Below are positions 19,906 to 30,540 of a stretch of DNA of 64,000 nt, in pieces. Source of the stretch: Candidatus Hodarchaeota archaeon (GTDB lineage: Archaea; Asgardarchaeota; Lokiarchaeia; Sigyniarchaeales; SOKP01); the NCBI GenBank assembly GCA_048887225.1, contig JBHLJY010000001.1, positions 288,001-352,000 on the forward strand, in the 5' to 3' direction. Below the pieces are notes generated by a model. That model did not search any database. It worked only from the letters and a program-made list of their open reading frames with translations, and was not told the DNA's origin. Positions within the stretch are counted from its first letter, which is position 1; each line of letters opens with the position of its first letter. The position numbers and the translations under genes were made by a program.

Positions 19906-21885
19906 CTAAATTTCTTCTAATATTGCATCTATTTGTTTTTCGTATTGTGGTTCTCGATAATACCTCAGAGTTATTGCCTCAGAGGGACAATTTGCTAAGC
20001 ATGACCCACAACCTCTGCATAATATCTCATTAACTTCAGCTCCATCTTCCATTATGCTAATAGCATCATAAGGGCAATTTAATTCACATAAACCACATTT
20101 TGCGCACTTTTTTTTATCAACAGCAGCACGTATTAAAAGTATGCGATACTTATCTTTACTCATTAATCTAGCTAAAGACGATGCCGCAGCTCTTCCCTGC
20201 GCAATAGATTCAGCTATGGATTTAGGACCCTGAGCAACACCTGCAAGCGCAATACCCGGTATTTTTGTATCTATTGGATTTAATCTCGAATGATATTCTT
20301 TAAAAAATCCATCTTGGCTGGTTTCAAGTTTTAGCATTCTCTTAATTTTTTCAACTCCCATAGCAGGCATCATAGCAGCAGATAAAACAACTAAATCATA
20401 TTCTAATTCTTTTAATCCTAGGGAATCTCTTAAAGTATTTTGCATAAGAACTTTGATATTGCCAGTCAATGGATCTTCTTTTAATTTAGATATATTTGTT
20501 CTGATGTATCTTATCCCTTCTTTTCTAGATGCGGTAAAATATTCTTCATAATCTTTTCCAGCAGCCCGCATATCCATATAAGCGACGTCGATTTCTGTAT
20601 CGGGATAATGTTGTTTGATTAATTTTGTATTTTTAATTGCGATCATACAACAGACTCCAGAGCTACAATAAGTATTTTTGGTTAAATCCCTTGATCCTAC
20701 GCATTGGATAAATAAAATTCTTTTGGGGTGTTTACCATCAGAAGGTCTAACAAGATGTCCAATGGTTGGTCCGTTTGGTGCTAAAATTCTTTCGAGTTGT
20801 AACTCAGAGATCACATTAGGATATACATTGTAACCTAAATAGCCCGTTTCAGGTTCATATTCATCCCACCCTGTAGCAACAATAATTGAACCGATTTCCA
20901 GTTCGATAATTTCATCTTCCTGGTTAAAATCTATAGCTTCAAGTTCGCACGCATCTGTACATAATTCACATCTTATACATCTATCCATATCAATTTGTGC
21001 TAATGATGGAACAGCCTGAGCAAACGAGACGTATATTGCTTTTCTTGGATCCATTCCTTCATTGAATTCGTTATATCCAAACGCGGGACATACATCAAAA
21101 CAGGCTCCACATCCATTACAATCCTTTGTTACGTATCGAGCCTTTTTCCTAATTTTTGCCTTGAAATTTCCAATGAATCCTTCTACGTCCTCCAGTTCAC
21201 TATAGGTGTAAAGATTGAGCCCTGGCGTTCTAGCTGACTGAAGCATTACTGGCCCAAGAATTCATATGCTGCAATCGTCCGTAGGGAATGTACGATCCAA
21301 CTTTGCCATTTTTCCTCCAATTGTAGGGCTTTTTTCAAGTAAATGGACTTCAAAACCTTGTTCAGCTAAATCAATTCCAGCAGTTAATCCAGCAACCCCC
21401 CCACCAATGATTAATGCCTTTTTAGTAATATCGACTTCTTTAATTAAAATTGGTTCTAAAACCGTAGCTCTAGCAACTGCCGACCGTATTGCGTCTTCAG
21501 CAACTTTCTGAGCACCTGGTTTATCATGTCGATGGACAAAACTTGAATGTTCGCGAATATTTGCAAACTCTAAATAAGAGGAGTCCATGTTCATGGATTC
21601 CAGCACACTTTTGAAAACAGGTTCGTGAGTTCTTGGGGTACACGATGCTACAATTAATCTATTAGCATTGCTCTCAACCATTTTTTCTTTAATAAATTCA
21701 GCACCCGGTTCCGTACAAAGACTAATATAATCAGAAGCGTCAACAACATTCGGAAGATTCTTAGAAAATTCTACTAATGCTGAACAATCGATTATTTCCG
21801 CTACATTTATTCCTCATTGACAGATAGCAACGTAAATTCGAATTGCTTCGTCATCTTTAATTATATCACTTTTAGTTTCTACCAT
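19906..21885 (-). CDS. hdrA: Heterodisulfide reductase subunit A, selenoprotein (Sec24, Sec208), 659 aa; joins the two split ORFs of the track
   Basis: ICQ-UGA-GIN (21814-21816) and FPTDDCSI-UGA-ILGP (21262-21264) lie in one frame; ASCTPR, GGGVAG FAD motif, ferredoxin motifs, QCVGSRD, CC. Confidence 0.93.
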
Positions 21886-22094
21886 TGCAAATCATTCCTT
21901 TCTACTTTTTTGATTATTCCTCCTAAAATTATTGTAAACTATAATTAAGATTTAAAATACTCAATATAATTTAAAATATCTAATTATGAAAAAATAAATT
22001 TAAATCAAAAATCTTGCTTATATGTTTTATAAGTAAATAAATAAAATCAAATTAAAAAGTAAGATATATTAATTATAAAAGAATTTAGGTCGCT

Positions 22095-22526
22095 ATGATA
22101 TTAACATTATTTCAAAACGGAGAAAATGGACCCTCTCTTGGTCCAGAAATATTTGTTATCATAATTATTGCTTTCATAGTAGGATTAATCTTATTAAAAG
22201 TTGGACTTGTGATTACTAAAGCAGAAGCTAGAACCGGTTTCAGATGGCTTTTAGCTAGTTTTGGGATTCAAGTAGGTATGTTTTTCTTTGTTGGCAGTCC
22301 TATGATCTTATTGGGTATCTCAGGTGCTTTTGGCGAACAAGGTCCAGAAGTAATTTTAATCATTATATTTTTAGTTTTGGCATTGTTTATTGATCTACAT
22401 GTTTTGAACATAGTTCATCAATTAGGAATAAAAAGAGCACTGTTAGTTTTTGGCTTAATGGCGATTCCATTTTTAATTGTTACATTTTCAATAATTTTTT
22501 TGATAGTTGATTTTACCGTAGGATAG
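22095..22526 (+). CDS. Hypothetical membrane protein (4 TM)
   Basis: Four hydrophobic segments. Confidence 0.6.
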   Translation: MILTLFQNGENGPSLGPEIFVIIIIAFIVGLILLKVGLVITKAEARTGFRWLLASFGIQVGMFFFVGSPMILLGISGAFGEQGPEVILIIIFLVLALFIDLHVLNIVHQLGIKRALLVFGLMAIPFLIVTFSIIFLIVDFTVG

Positions 22527-22530
22527 ATTT

Positions 22531-23451
22531 TTAGAGTTCTATTTCTTTATTTATTCTCTCGTTCATTTCAATTACTGCTTCTCTTGCGGCTTCCCCAAAT
22601 TTTTCGGAGGGATATCTCTTATCATGATAAGCAAAGATAATATCTCGTGATGAATTTATTATCGCTCCTAATCCTTGATTTCTAAAGCCATATTTAATAT
22701 CTTTCGCTTGAGCCCCTTGAACCCCATAACCAGGGATTAGGATAAACGAATTTGTGGTAATTTCTCGGATTATCTTCAATTCACGTGGAAAAGTGGCCCC
22801 AACTACTATACCTAAATTATGATATCCAGAAAATGTCCTTAAATTATTACCCCAATATTTCACTAACTTTGCCATTTGCAAATAATTTCTCTCTAATTTT
22901 ATTGATTCTTGTTCTGTTTCTGTTTCATCTTCTGGAATGCTTTTTAATTTAACACTGAATAAATTTTGAAATTCTCGACTGCTTGGATTTGATGTCTTTA
23001 CTAGAACGAATAATCCTTTTTCTTTGTATTTTTCCATATATGGCTTGATTCCATCAATTCCAAAATAAGCGTTGAGAGTACATGCATCTGCGTTATAAAC
23101 ATTAAATGTGGAATAAGCATATGCTTCTGAAGTTGTTCCTATATCGTTTCGTTTTGAATCTAAAATTACTAATAAGTCTTTTTTGTGAGCATAGTTTATG
23201 GTTTCTTTTAATGCCTTTAAGGCATCATACTTTTCGTAAAAAGCAATTTGAGGCTTTATCACTGGAATTAAATCATATGTATTATCAATTAAAATTTTAT
23301 TAAATTCCGTAATAATTTTTTTTGGTTTATTATATTCATCAATAAGATAGTTAGGAATTTGTCCCACATTGTCCATTCTGGGATCAAGCCCCATACAGAC
23401 AACACTTTTCTTCTCTTTGATTAGTTCAATTAATTTTTCTACAAAGATCAT
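22531..23451 (-). CDS. pyrF: Orotidine-5'-phosphate decarboxylase
   Basis: CMGLDP, KPQIAFYE, LDSKRNDIGTT, VVGAT, LIPGYGVQG, INSSRDI. Confidence 0.93.
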   Translation of the reverse strand: MIFVEKLIELIKEKKSVVCMGLDPRMDNVGQIPNYLIDEYNKPKKIITEFNKILIDNTYDLIPVIKPQIAFYEKYDALKALKETINYAHKKDLLVILDSKRNDIGTTSEAYAYSTFNVYNADACTLNAYFGIDGIKPYMEKYKEKGLFVLVKTSNPSSREFQNLFSVKLKSIPEDETETEQESIKLERNYLQMAKLVKYWGNNLRTFSGYHNLGIVVGATFPRELKIIREITTNSFILIPGYGVQGAQAKDIKYGFRNQGLGAIINSSRDIIFAYHDKRYPSEKFGEAAREAVIEMNERINKEIEL

Positions 23452-23566
23452 ATGTCATTTTTAGCTTTTGTAACTTTCAATTTTAAATGAGACTTTTGCA
23501 TAAATAAATGAGACCTTTCTTAATATCTTGACTTTAATTCACTTTTTTTATTTGTCTCATCCCTTT

Positions 23567-23929
23567 TTAAACCCAGTTCCATGCATACCAAACAATTAGT
23601 ATATTAAAGCCAATACTTACCAAGAGTAAAAATTTGTCATAAGCTTTATACCCTTTAATCCCTAGGAGATTAAAAATTAAAAAGAAAATTGCTACTATGA
23701 TGTTTATCCATTTATTTAATGGATTATCCAATATCAAAGTTAGAACAATCATTATAATAGGCATCACCATGATTGCTGCTATTCCTAAGTACATATTCGA
23801 AGAAACTTTTTTACCTTCTATTTCTCCTGGTGTAAAATCCCCAGCAAATATACGAAACACATCCCCTAAGAAATAAATCAACATGGTCGCAACCCATAAA
23901 AAAGCAAGTATTATTCTAATATCTTCCAT
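23567..23929 (-). CDS. Small membrane protein (DUF6326-like)
   Basis: LWVATMLIYFLGD...NKWINII...IVWYAWNW pattern. Confidence 0.6.
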   Translation of the reverse strand: MEDIRIILAFLWVATMLIYFLGDVFRIFAGDFTPGEIEGKKVSSNMYLGIAAIMVMPIIMIVLTLILDNPLNKWINIIVAIFFLIFNLLGIKGYKAYDKFLLLVSIGFNILIVWYAWNWV

Positions 23930-23936
23930 AATTACA

Positions 23937-24869
23937 TTACTCCACTATTTTTATAACTACATTTCCCTTTTTATGACCTTCGTCAACATACCTATGAGCT
24001 TCGATAGTTTGTTCCAAGGGGTAGATTTTGTCTATGACTGGTTTTAGCTTTCCCTCTTCGCATAAGTCTTTGAGGAAAAGTAGATTTTTAGTCCTTTCTC
24101 TTGCCAATCCCTTAGCAACAGTTACGAAGGTCCCGCTCGGTTTTAAAACCTTCTTACAAGTTGAAGGCAAGGCTTTTCCAACGGCGTCAAAAACAACGTC
24201 GTAAAATTCTCCTTTTTTTGAAAAATCCTCTTTAGTGTAATCAATTACTTTATCGGCTCCTATAGATTTCACCATGTCTAAATTTGTAGTGCTACATACC
24301 CCGGTAACCTCTGCCCCAAAGTATTTGGCAAGTTGTACCGCGTATGTACCCACGCTACCAGACGCTCCGTAGATAAGAACACTTTGTCCGCTCTTGATAT
24401 TACCTTTTCTAACAAAATGCAACGCCGTCATAGCCCCAATAGGAACGGCAGCTGCATCATCATAGTTCATGTTTTTAGGTTTTAACGCCACAACACCCGC
24501 CCTCCATTCTTCGGGAATGCACACGTACTCGGCGTAAGCACCAGTACCCACCCCAGTAGTAGTTCCAAAAACTTGGTCACCTCTCTTAAATCGTTTTATG
24601 TTTTTACCCACTGCCTCAACGTCTCCGGCTAACTCGTACCCCAGTATAGTTCTTCTTGGTTTTCTTAGACCAAACATAAATAATTTCGCGAGGAACCGCG
24701 TCGCAGAAGGTAAACCCTTTAGGCCACTTCGAATTAACACCACCCCTGATGTTACCGTTGACGCATATACTTTTACCAGTATTTCATTGTTCTTAGGAGT
24801 AGGTTTTTCTACTTCTTTGAGCTGAAGAACCTCCGGAGGCCCATATTTTGTGTATACAATTGCTTTCAT
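23937..24869 (-). CDS. NAD(P)-dependent medium-chain dehydrogenase/quinone oxidoreductase
   Basis: [33 protein letters not shown]. Confidence 0.9.
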   Translation of the reverse strand: MKAIVYTKYGPPEVLQLKEVEKPTPKNNEILVKVYASTVTSGVVLIRSGLKGLPSATRFLAKLFMFGLRKPRRTILGYELAGDVEAVGKNIKRFKRGDQVFGTTTGVGTGAYAEYVCIPEEWRAGVVALKPKNMNYDDAAAVPIGAMTALHFVRKGNIKSGQSVLIYGASGSVGTYAVQLAKYFGAEVTGVCSTTNLDMVKSIGADKVIDYTKEDFSKKGEFYDVVFDAVGKALPSTCKKVLKPSGTFVTVAKGLARERTKNLLFLKDLCEEGKLKPVIDKIYPLEQTIEAHRYVDEGHKKGNVVIKIVE

Positions 24870-25009
24870 AAAATTAACTCACCTAGATGGTTATTTTGTT
24901 ACTTGTCCAGTAAAATAATAAATTTTCTTCTAATAATTTAAAAATTTTATATCTGAAAATAAATTAAAACATTAGAATTTTGAGACTTTAGGTTTCACTT
25001 TTTTGAAAG

Positions 25010-26377
25010 TTACACCTTTTCAATATCCATCTCTTCTATTTCATCAAAAATCTTATAAATTTCCTCTATTATTTCATTAGCTGCAATCGTTTTTTGTTTG
25101 TTGTTTACCATATTCCTTAATCCAACTTGATTTTTTTCCATTTCCTCGGGGCCAACAATAATTGTAATTAAAACTCCTAATTCATTCGCTTTACTCAATT
25201 GGTTTTTCAAATTCTTAAATCTATAATCAACAATGCAAGGAAAATCTTCAGTTCTAATAATGTCTGCAAGTTCTAAAGTATATTTAGCGACTTCCTCATT
25301 AACAGATGCAATATAAATCGTATCTGTATAATCTTTTTCACGAATAAAATCTGGTATTAAATTATAAGTTTTTAAGAATAATGATAGCATTAGAATTCCC
25401 ATTCCAAATCCTATTCCTGATAATTTTTGGTCAGAAAATAGTGATAATAGATCATCATAGCGACCCCCACCAAAAATAGCTCTTATATTTTCCTTTCCGG
25501 TATCATACACTTCAAAAACTGTCCCCGTATAATATGCTAATCCTCTTACAATACTAGAAGAAAATGTACAATATTCTGAGAGCCCTATATCGTCAATTAA
25601 TTTAATTAAATTAACCAATTCATTATATCCATTAGATTTATAAAATTCATCTGGTATATCATCAAATTTTTTTAATAAATTTTCAAGGCTCTCAGTTTCT
25701 TTTAATTTTAGGAGCCCCTGAACCACGAACTCCTCTTGAAATGTATCTATTACATATTTTTCAAATTCACTTTCTTCCATTTTGTCTGATTTATCTAGAA
25801 CTGAATAAACATCTGGCATTTTTTCTTTAGGTAGTTGAAGTATAAATTTGCATACTGCATCAATAAAACGTCGATTATTATATAATATCTGGAATTGTTT
25901 TGATGTTGCCCCAAAACTGGCTAAAATATCAACACATATATTAAATATTTCGATTTCGGCATATAAAGAATCTTCGCCAAGGATATCCATATTAAATTGT
26001 TTAAATTCTCTCTTCCTCCCTTTTTGAGGTCTCTCATATCTGTAGCATGTTGGTGTAGAGTACCATCTTATTGGCTTTTTGATTTCTTGACTTTTTTTTG
26101 CTATCATTCGTGCTAAGGTTGGTGTAAGTTCTGGTCTTAGAAGCCAGCGTTGGCCCTCTTTTTTTTCCACTACATAAGCTTGTTCATTTACTAATTCTTC
26201 AGAAGATTTTGCTTCGAATATCTCTATTGGTTCTAATAAGGGCCCCTCAAATTCTTCATAACAATAAAGCTCTGAAATATCTTCAAGAATTCCTTCAATC
26301 CAATTGATTTCTCTCAAGTCAGACGGGTAAAAGTCTTTCAAACCCCTAAGAGGTTGCGTAGAAAATTTCTTGGACAT
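25010..26377 (-). CDS. hisS: Histidine--tRNA ligase
   Basis: RGLKDF, LRPELTPT, YRYERPQKGRKREFKQ, RGLAYYTG, GGGRYD, C-terminal anticodon-binding domain. Confidence 0.95.
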   Translation of the reverse strand: MSKKFSTQPLRGLKDFYPSDLREINWIEGILEDISELYCYEEFEGPLLEPIEIFEAKSSEELVNEQAYVVEKKEGQRWLLRPELTPTLARMIAKKSQEIKKPIRWYSTPTCYRYERPQKGRKREFKQFNMDILGEDSLYAEIEIFNICVDILASFGATSKQFQILYNNRRFIDAVCKFILQLPKEKMPDVYSVLDKSDKMEESEFEKYVIDTFQEEFVVQGLLKLKETESLENLLKKFDDIPDEFYKSNGYNELVNLIKLIDDIGLSEYCTFSSSIVRGLAYYTGTVFEVYDTGKENIRAIFGGGRYDDLLSLFSDQKLSGIGFGMGILMLSLFLKTYNLIPDFIREKDYTDTIYIASVNEEVAKYTLELADIIRTEDFPCIVDYRFKNLKNQLSKANELGVLITIIVGPEEMEKNQVGLRNMVNNKQKTIAANEIIEEIYKIFDEIEEMDIEKV

Positions 26378-26463
26378 TCAATCACTTGAACTTATTATTC
26401 TGTGTTAGTAGTAAAAAAACATAAAAACAAATATTTTTTTCTATTTTTTGTTTAATAATTTAA

Positions 26464-26765
26464 TTAATATTCTTTCCACTTGAAAATATAAAACTCTTTT
26501 ATGATCCTATCAATATTTATTATTTTTTAGCCATTGGAACAGTTCAAGGATTAGGATTATATAGCTGGTATAAAGCTATTTCGTACATGGAATTCTCAAA
26601 GGCAACAATCTTGGTTGCTCCAACGCCGATTATTACGCATTATTCGCTTATTTTGTATTGGGAGATCCTTTTACCATCTTTACCTTAATTGGAACCGTTA
26701 TAGTAATATTTTCTATAACTATGATTGTTAGAGAAAAGCCGAGAGAAATGATAATAATTGAATAA
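26464..26765 (+). pseudogene. Truncated, frameshifted EamA/DMT transporter remnant (3' part)
   Basis: LIFFPLENIKLFYDPIN...WYKAISYMEFSKATILVAPTPII / (1-nt loss near 26636) / ALFAYFVLGDPFTIF...MIVREK, paralogous to the end of 27700-28644; no start. Confidence 0.8.
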
Positions 26766-26853
26766 AAAAAAAATTTAAATGCTGATATGTTTCAAGTAAA
26801 CTTTATTTAAAATAAAAGATATTAACTTCAAAAAAAAATAGGTGTTTAAAGAA

Positions 26854-27240
26854 ATGTCATTAGAAGAAAAAATAAGTGTTAAAGTTTTAGGAAGTATGAT
26901 AGGATACGCTACTGAACAACTTGCGATACATGACGAGGGTTTCAAGAATAAACTAAAAGGATTAAATGAAGTAATCCAGTGGAAGATTGGTGACGATATT
27001 GCATATTATACTGAAATAAAAGATGAAAGCATTAAAGCTAACGATGGGATCTCCCCCAATCCTACAATAACTTTTGAAATCGAAGATGTCTCGAAAGCAT
27101 TAAGTCTGTTAACGGGAAAAATTGATGTTGCAGGAATTGCTGGAGACATGAAAATTTCAGGAGATGCGGCGAAAATTCAGCAACTTGGTTTTATATTAGA
27201 AACTGTAGCAGAATATATGGAGGGTTTAAGAGGAGGGTGA
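26854..27240 (+). CDS. SCP2 sterol/lipid-carrier domain protein
   Basis: IQWKIG, LLTGKID, MKISGD; AGGTG site favours ATG 26854. Confidence 0.75.
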   Translation: MSLEEKISVKVLGSMIGYATEQLAIHDEGFKNKLKGLNEVIQWKIGDDIAYYTEIKDESIKANDGISPNPTITFEIEDVSKALSLLTGKIDVAGIAGDMKISGDAAKIQQLGFILETVAEYMEGLRGG

Positions 27241-27244
27241 TTTT

Positions 27245-27631
27245 ATGGACAAAGTTGAGTTTCAAGCAAAAATGATGTTTTATATTATGTGCAAAAGTCT
27301 AGAGGAGATTGCAAAGGTTGATGAGGAATTACAAGAAGAAATGGAAGATGTTGAAGGAAAAATACAATGGAAAATCGCGAGTTTTAAAGGTTATCAAGTT
27401 ATTGAAGAAGGCAAATATTCATTTGTAATGGACGAGGAAATTGATGATGCAGACCTGACTATGATAATTGAAGACGCTGAGGTTGCAAGAAGTTTTTTTA
27501 GCGGAGAGGTTGACGGGACTTCCGCTTATATGAGCGGTGATTTAAAGATTGAAGGCGATTTACAATTGGCTATGGCATATGGTTCGCTAGCTGAATTTAT
27601 CCAAGATTATTTAGAACCAATTAGAGGCTAA
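27245..27631 (+). CDS. SCP2 sterol/lipid-carrier domain protein
   Basis: FFSGEVDGTSAYMSGDLKIEGDLQLAM. Confidence 0.85.
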   Translation: MDKVEFQAKMMFYIMCKSLEEIAKVDEELQEEMEDVEGKIQWKIASFKGYQVIEEGKYSFVMDEEIDDADLTMIIEDAEVARSFFSGEVDGTSAYMSGDLKIEGDLQLAMAYGSLAEFIQDYLEPIRG

Positions 27632-27699
27632 GAAAGAAAATAAATTTAAAATCTTAAATTCATATAATTTTTAATTTTCTTAGTTTTTTAATCTATATC

Positions 27700-28644
27700 T
27701 TGAGCAATAAAAACCAAGTTAAGGGTATTATTTTTGCATTAATCGCACTTTTATTAGTTTCTTTGCAGCCAATTGTGGCAATTGCGAGGCCAAAGATTAT
27801 TGATTTTTATATTTTTGCAGCTATGACCTGCTTAATTCAAGCAATAATCTTTTTACCATTAGTGGCAATTGAAAGAAAAAAAATTAAGTCTTCAATCCAA
27901 ATTGAACAAATTGATTCTCCAGATTTAGAATTGTTTTTGAATGGATGGAAAAAAAATAAAAAGTTCTTGATTTATCTAGGTATTAATTTTGCTATTGCTC
28001 AAATATTGTTTTTCGTAGCTTACCAACTTGCGGGGGCAATAAACGGTTCTCTTGCTCAACAAACAACTATAGTTTTTGCGCTTTTATTCGGGTATTTGGT
28101 AAATCGTGAAAAAATTTCAAAGATTCAAATATTCTTTGTATTAATCTTATTTTTTGGACTAATTCTCGCTATTACTCAAGGTTCTTTCAATTTACTTGAA
28201 TTTAATATAGGTGTATTAATAATGTTTGGAACAACTGCATTATGGATGCTTGCTCATACGTTAACTAAGCCAATTTTAGATCGAAATGAATTGACTCCCA
28301 TTCAGGTAGTTTTTATAAGGAATGCACTAAGCGGATTAATCTTAATCTCTACTTATTTCATCTTCTTTCCGATAGAAAATATAAATATGTTATTTGAGCC
28401 GATAAACTTATTTTTTTTTATCTGTATGGGCATATTATACGGATTTGATGTTCTGTTTTGGTATAAAAGCCTCAACAAAATTGAGGTGAGTAAAGCTACT
28501 GTTTTAGTAAGCCCCATGCCGCTTTTAACGGCGGTATTCGCTTTTTTAATTTTGGGTGAACTATTAACAATTTTTCACCTGATTGGAGCAATCATAATAA
28601 TCTTTTCGATTTTTATTATAGTTAGAGAGAAAAATACAGATTAA
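27700..28644 (+). CDS. EamA/DMT family transporter
   Basis: About 10 TM, two EamA repeats (REKIS, LGELLT). Confidence 0.88.
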   Translation: MSNKNQVKGIIFALIALLLVSLQPIVAIARPKIIDFYIFAAMTCLIQAIIFLPLVAIERKKIKSSIQIEQIDSPDLELFLNGWKKNKKFLIYLGINFAIAQILFFVAYQLAGAINGSLAQQTTIVFALLFGYLVNREKISKIQIFFVLILFFGLILAITQGSFNLLEFNIGVLIMFGTTALWMLAHTLTKPILDRNELTPIQVVFIRNALSGLILISTYFIFFPIENINMLFEPINLFFFICMGILYGFDVLFWYKSLNKIEVSKATVLVSPMPLLTAVFAFLILGELLTIFHLIGAIIIIFSIFIIVREKNTD

Positions 28645-28692
28645 ATCTACAAAACAAAGTTTTTTATATCTCTTCACTTTTTACTTTTTATC

Positions 28693-29661
28693 TTGAATAA
28701 CGTAAATTATGCAAAAGGGATTATTTTTGGTATGGCTTGTGTTATTTTAGTTGGTTTACAACCAATTATCGCAAATTCAAGACCTAGTGCGCTCGATGCG
28801 TACTTTTTTGCTGCAACAACTTGTATTATAGAAGCATCCCTTTTTTTTCCTTTAATGTTAATTGAGAGAAAAAAGATTAAGGCATCTTATAGGAATGAAC
28901 AAACAAATTCAGAAGGATTATATTTGCAATTAAATGGGTGGAAAAAAAACAAAATATTATTAATATATGTGGGGATAAACTTTGGGATAGCTCAGATTTT
29001 GTTTTTTTTAGGATACCAACTTGCTGGAGCAATAAACGGGTCTCTTGCTCAGAAAACCACTGTAATTTTTGCTTTATTGTTTGGATATTTGATAAATCAT
29101 GAAAAAATTTCAAAAGTTCAGATAATTTTTTCGTGTGTGTTATTATTTGGTCTTACCTTGGCAGTTACACAAGGCTCTTTTAATTTACTTGAGTTCAATA
29201 TAGGAGTCCTTTTAATTTTTATAACAGTTATCCTCTGGATGCTCGGACATTCATTGACTATACCAGTATTCGATAGAAATGAAGCAACTCCTACTCAAAT
29301 TGTGTTTATAAGAAATTTTTTAAGTGGATTATTTTTAATTACAACCTATTTTATAATATTCCCTTTAGATAATTTCATTTTATTATTTGATACAGTAAGT
29401 CTTTTTTTTATTGTAGCAATGGGGATTTCATACGGCTTAGGATTATTCTGCTGGTACAAAGTATTATCGTATCTGGGCACGTCAAAAGCTACAGCAATGA
29501 CTGGGGGGACTCCAATAATTACCATTATTTTTGCAACAATCATTTTGGGTGAGATATTTACAATTTTTCACATTATTGGAGCATTATTAGTTATCTTGTC
29601 CGTTTTAATAATTGTTAAACCCAGAAAGGATGAAGAGAGAAAAGAGGATCTGATTGGATGA
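28693..29661 (+). CDS. EamA/DMT family transporter (tandem paralog)
   Basis: High similarity to upstream gene (YQLAGAINGSLAQ, TQGSFNLLEFNIG). Confidence 0.88.
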   Translation: MNNVNYAKGIIFGMACVILVGLQPIIANSRPSALDAYFFAATTCIIEASLFFPLMLIERKKIKASYRNEQTNSEGLYLQLNGWKKNKILLIYVGINFGIAQILFFLGYQLAGAINGSLAQKTTVIFALLFGYLINHEKISKVQIIFSCVLLFGLTLAVTQGSFNLLEFNIGVLLIFITVILWMLGHSLTIPVFDRNEATPTQIVFIRNFLSGLFLITTYFIIFPLDNFILLFDTVSLFFIVAMGISYGLGLFCWYKVLSYLGTSKATAMTGGTPIITIIFATIILGEIFTIFHIIGALLVILSVLIIVKPRKDEERKEDLIG

Positions 29662-29686
29662 AATATTATTAAATTTTAGAATCCAA

Positions 29687-30490
29687 TTAGGTCGAAATAC
29701 GACGTTTAATGAATTCCTTTAATAATTTAAGGCGATCACTACTTATTTTAGGAATTTTTAAATCTCTTATAAGTTGCTTCTTAAGATCTTTCTCGCTAAT
29801 GCCTTCTGCATTTTCAAACACCTTTTTAACAGTTTCGGCTTCTGTTATAAATTTAAGAATTTCATTTTGAATTATAAATAGTTGTTCTTCTTCATCTATT
29901 ATTTCTAAGGCTTTTTTTACCATAGATTCCTCAAAGCGCAGTTTTTCCTCCCAGGGTGTTTGAACTGAGCGCTGGTGTGTGTCCATCAATAATGCTTGAT
30001 CATCTATTTGTAAATGCCTATTATAATCGCTTTCTAAAAGTAAATGTATGGTTTTTTCGCCTTGATATCTTTCAGGTAACATCTGGTCCCCAATAAGATT
30101 TAATAAATCTTCGCTATGTTCGAAATTTTCGTCTACTATGATATAAGAAGGATAGTTAAACAATTTACTGTGAATCAAACTGAATACCCCGTACAATCCA
30201 AAGATCTGAATTAATTTCTTTAGTGTTAATATTCCTGCTGCCTCTTTTGGAGTTTCTTCTTTCGACACGGTCATGTGAACGTCTATTTTTTCATAACTCC
30301 TGACAATACCTTGAGGATCTAAAAAAACTAAGAATTGATGTTGGCAAACAGCACCTATTGGGATTTGTATTTTCACAGTCCCGAATTCTTTTTGTGATAA
30401 AACTGTTTCTGGAACATCAATGTTTTTAATCGTTTGACAAATCGGGCATTTTACTTCAATATTTTTCGTAATTTTTTGGTTAAATTCCAT
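29687..30490 (-). CDS. Hypothetical protein with N-terminal Zn-ribbon (CPIC...CxH)
   Basis: Paralog of 31603-32451. Confidence 0.75.
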   Translation of the reverse strand: MEFNQKITKNIEVKCPICQTIKNIDVPETVLSQKEFGTVKIQIPIGAVCQHQFLVFLDPQGIVRSYEKIDVHMTVSKEETPKEAAGILTLKKLIQIFGLYGVFSLIHSKLFNYPSYIIVDENFEHSEDLLNLIGDQMLPERYQGEKTIHLLLESDYNRHLQIDDQALLMDTHQRSVQTPWEEKLRFEESMVKKALEIIDEEEQLFIIQNEILKFITEAETVKKVFENAEGISEKDLKKQLIRDLKIPKISSDRLKLLKEFIKRRIST

Positions 30491-30540
30491 AATAACAACT
30501 TATATTTTAAATTTTAAAAATTTCAGTTTTTTAAAAAATT

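Noticed and set aside
21262-21681. ORF-track 139-aa and 446-aa HdrA pieces as separate genes or a pseudogene
   Set aside because: They are in one frame, separated by UGA at a conserved Cys position, with a SECIS downstream; one selenoprotein explains this better.
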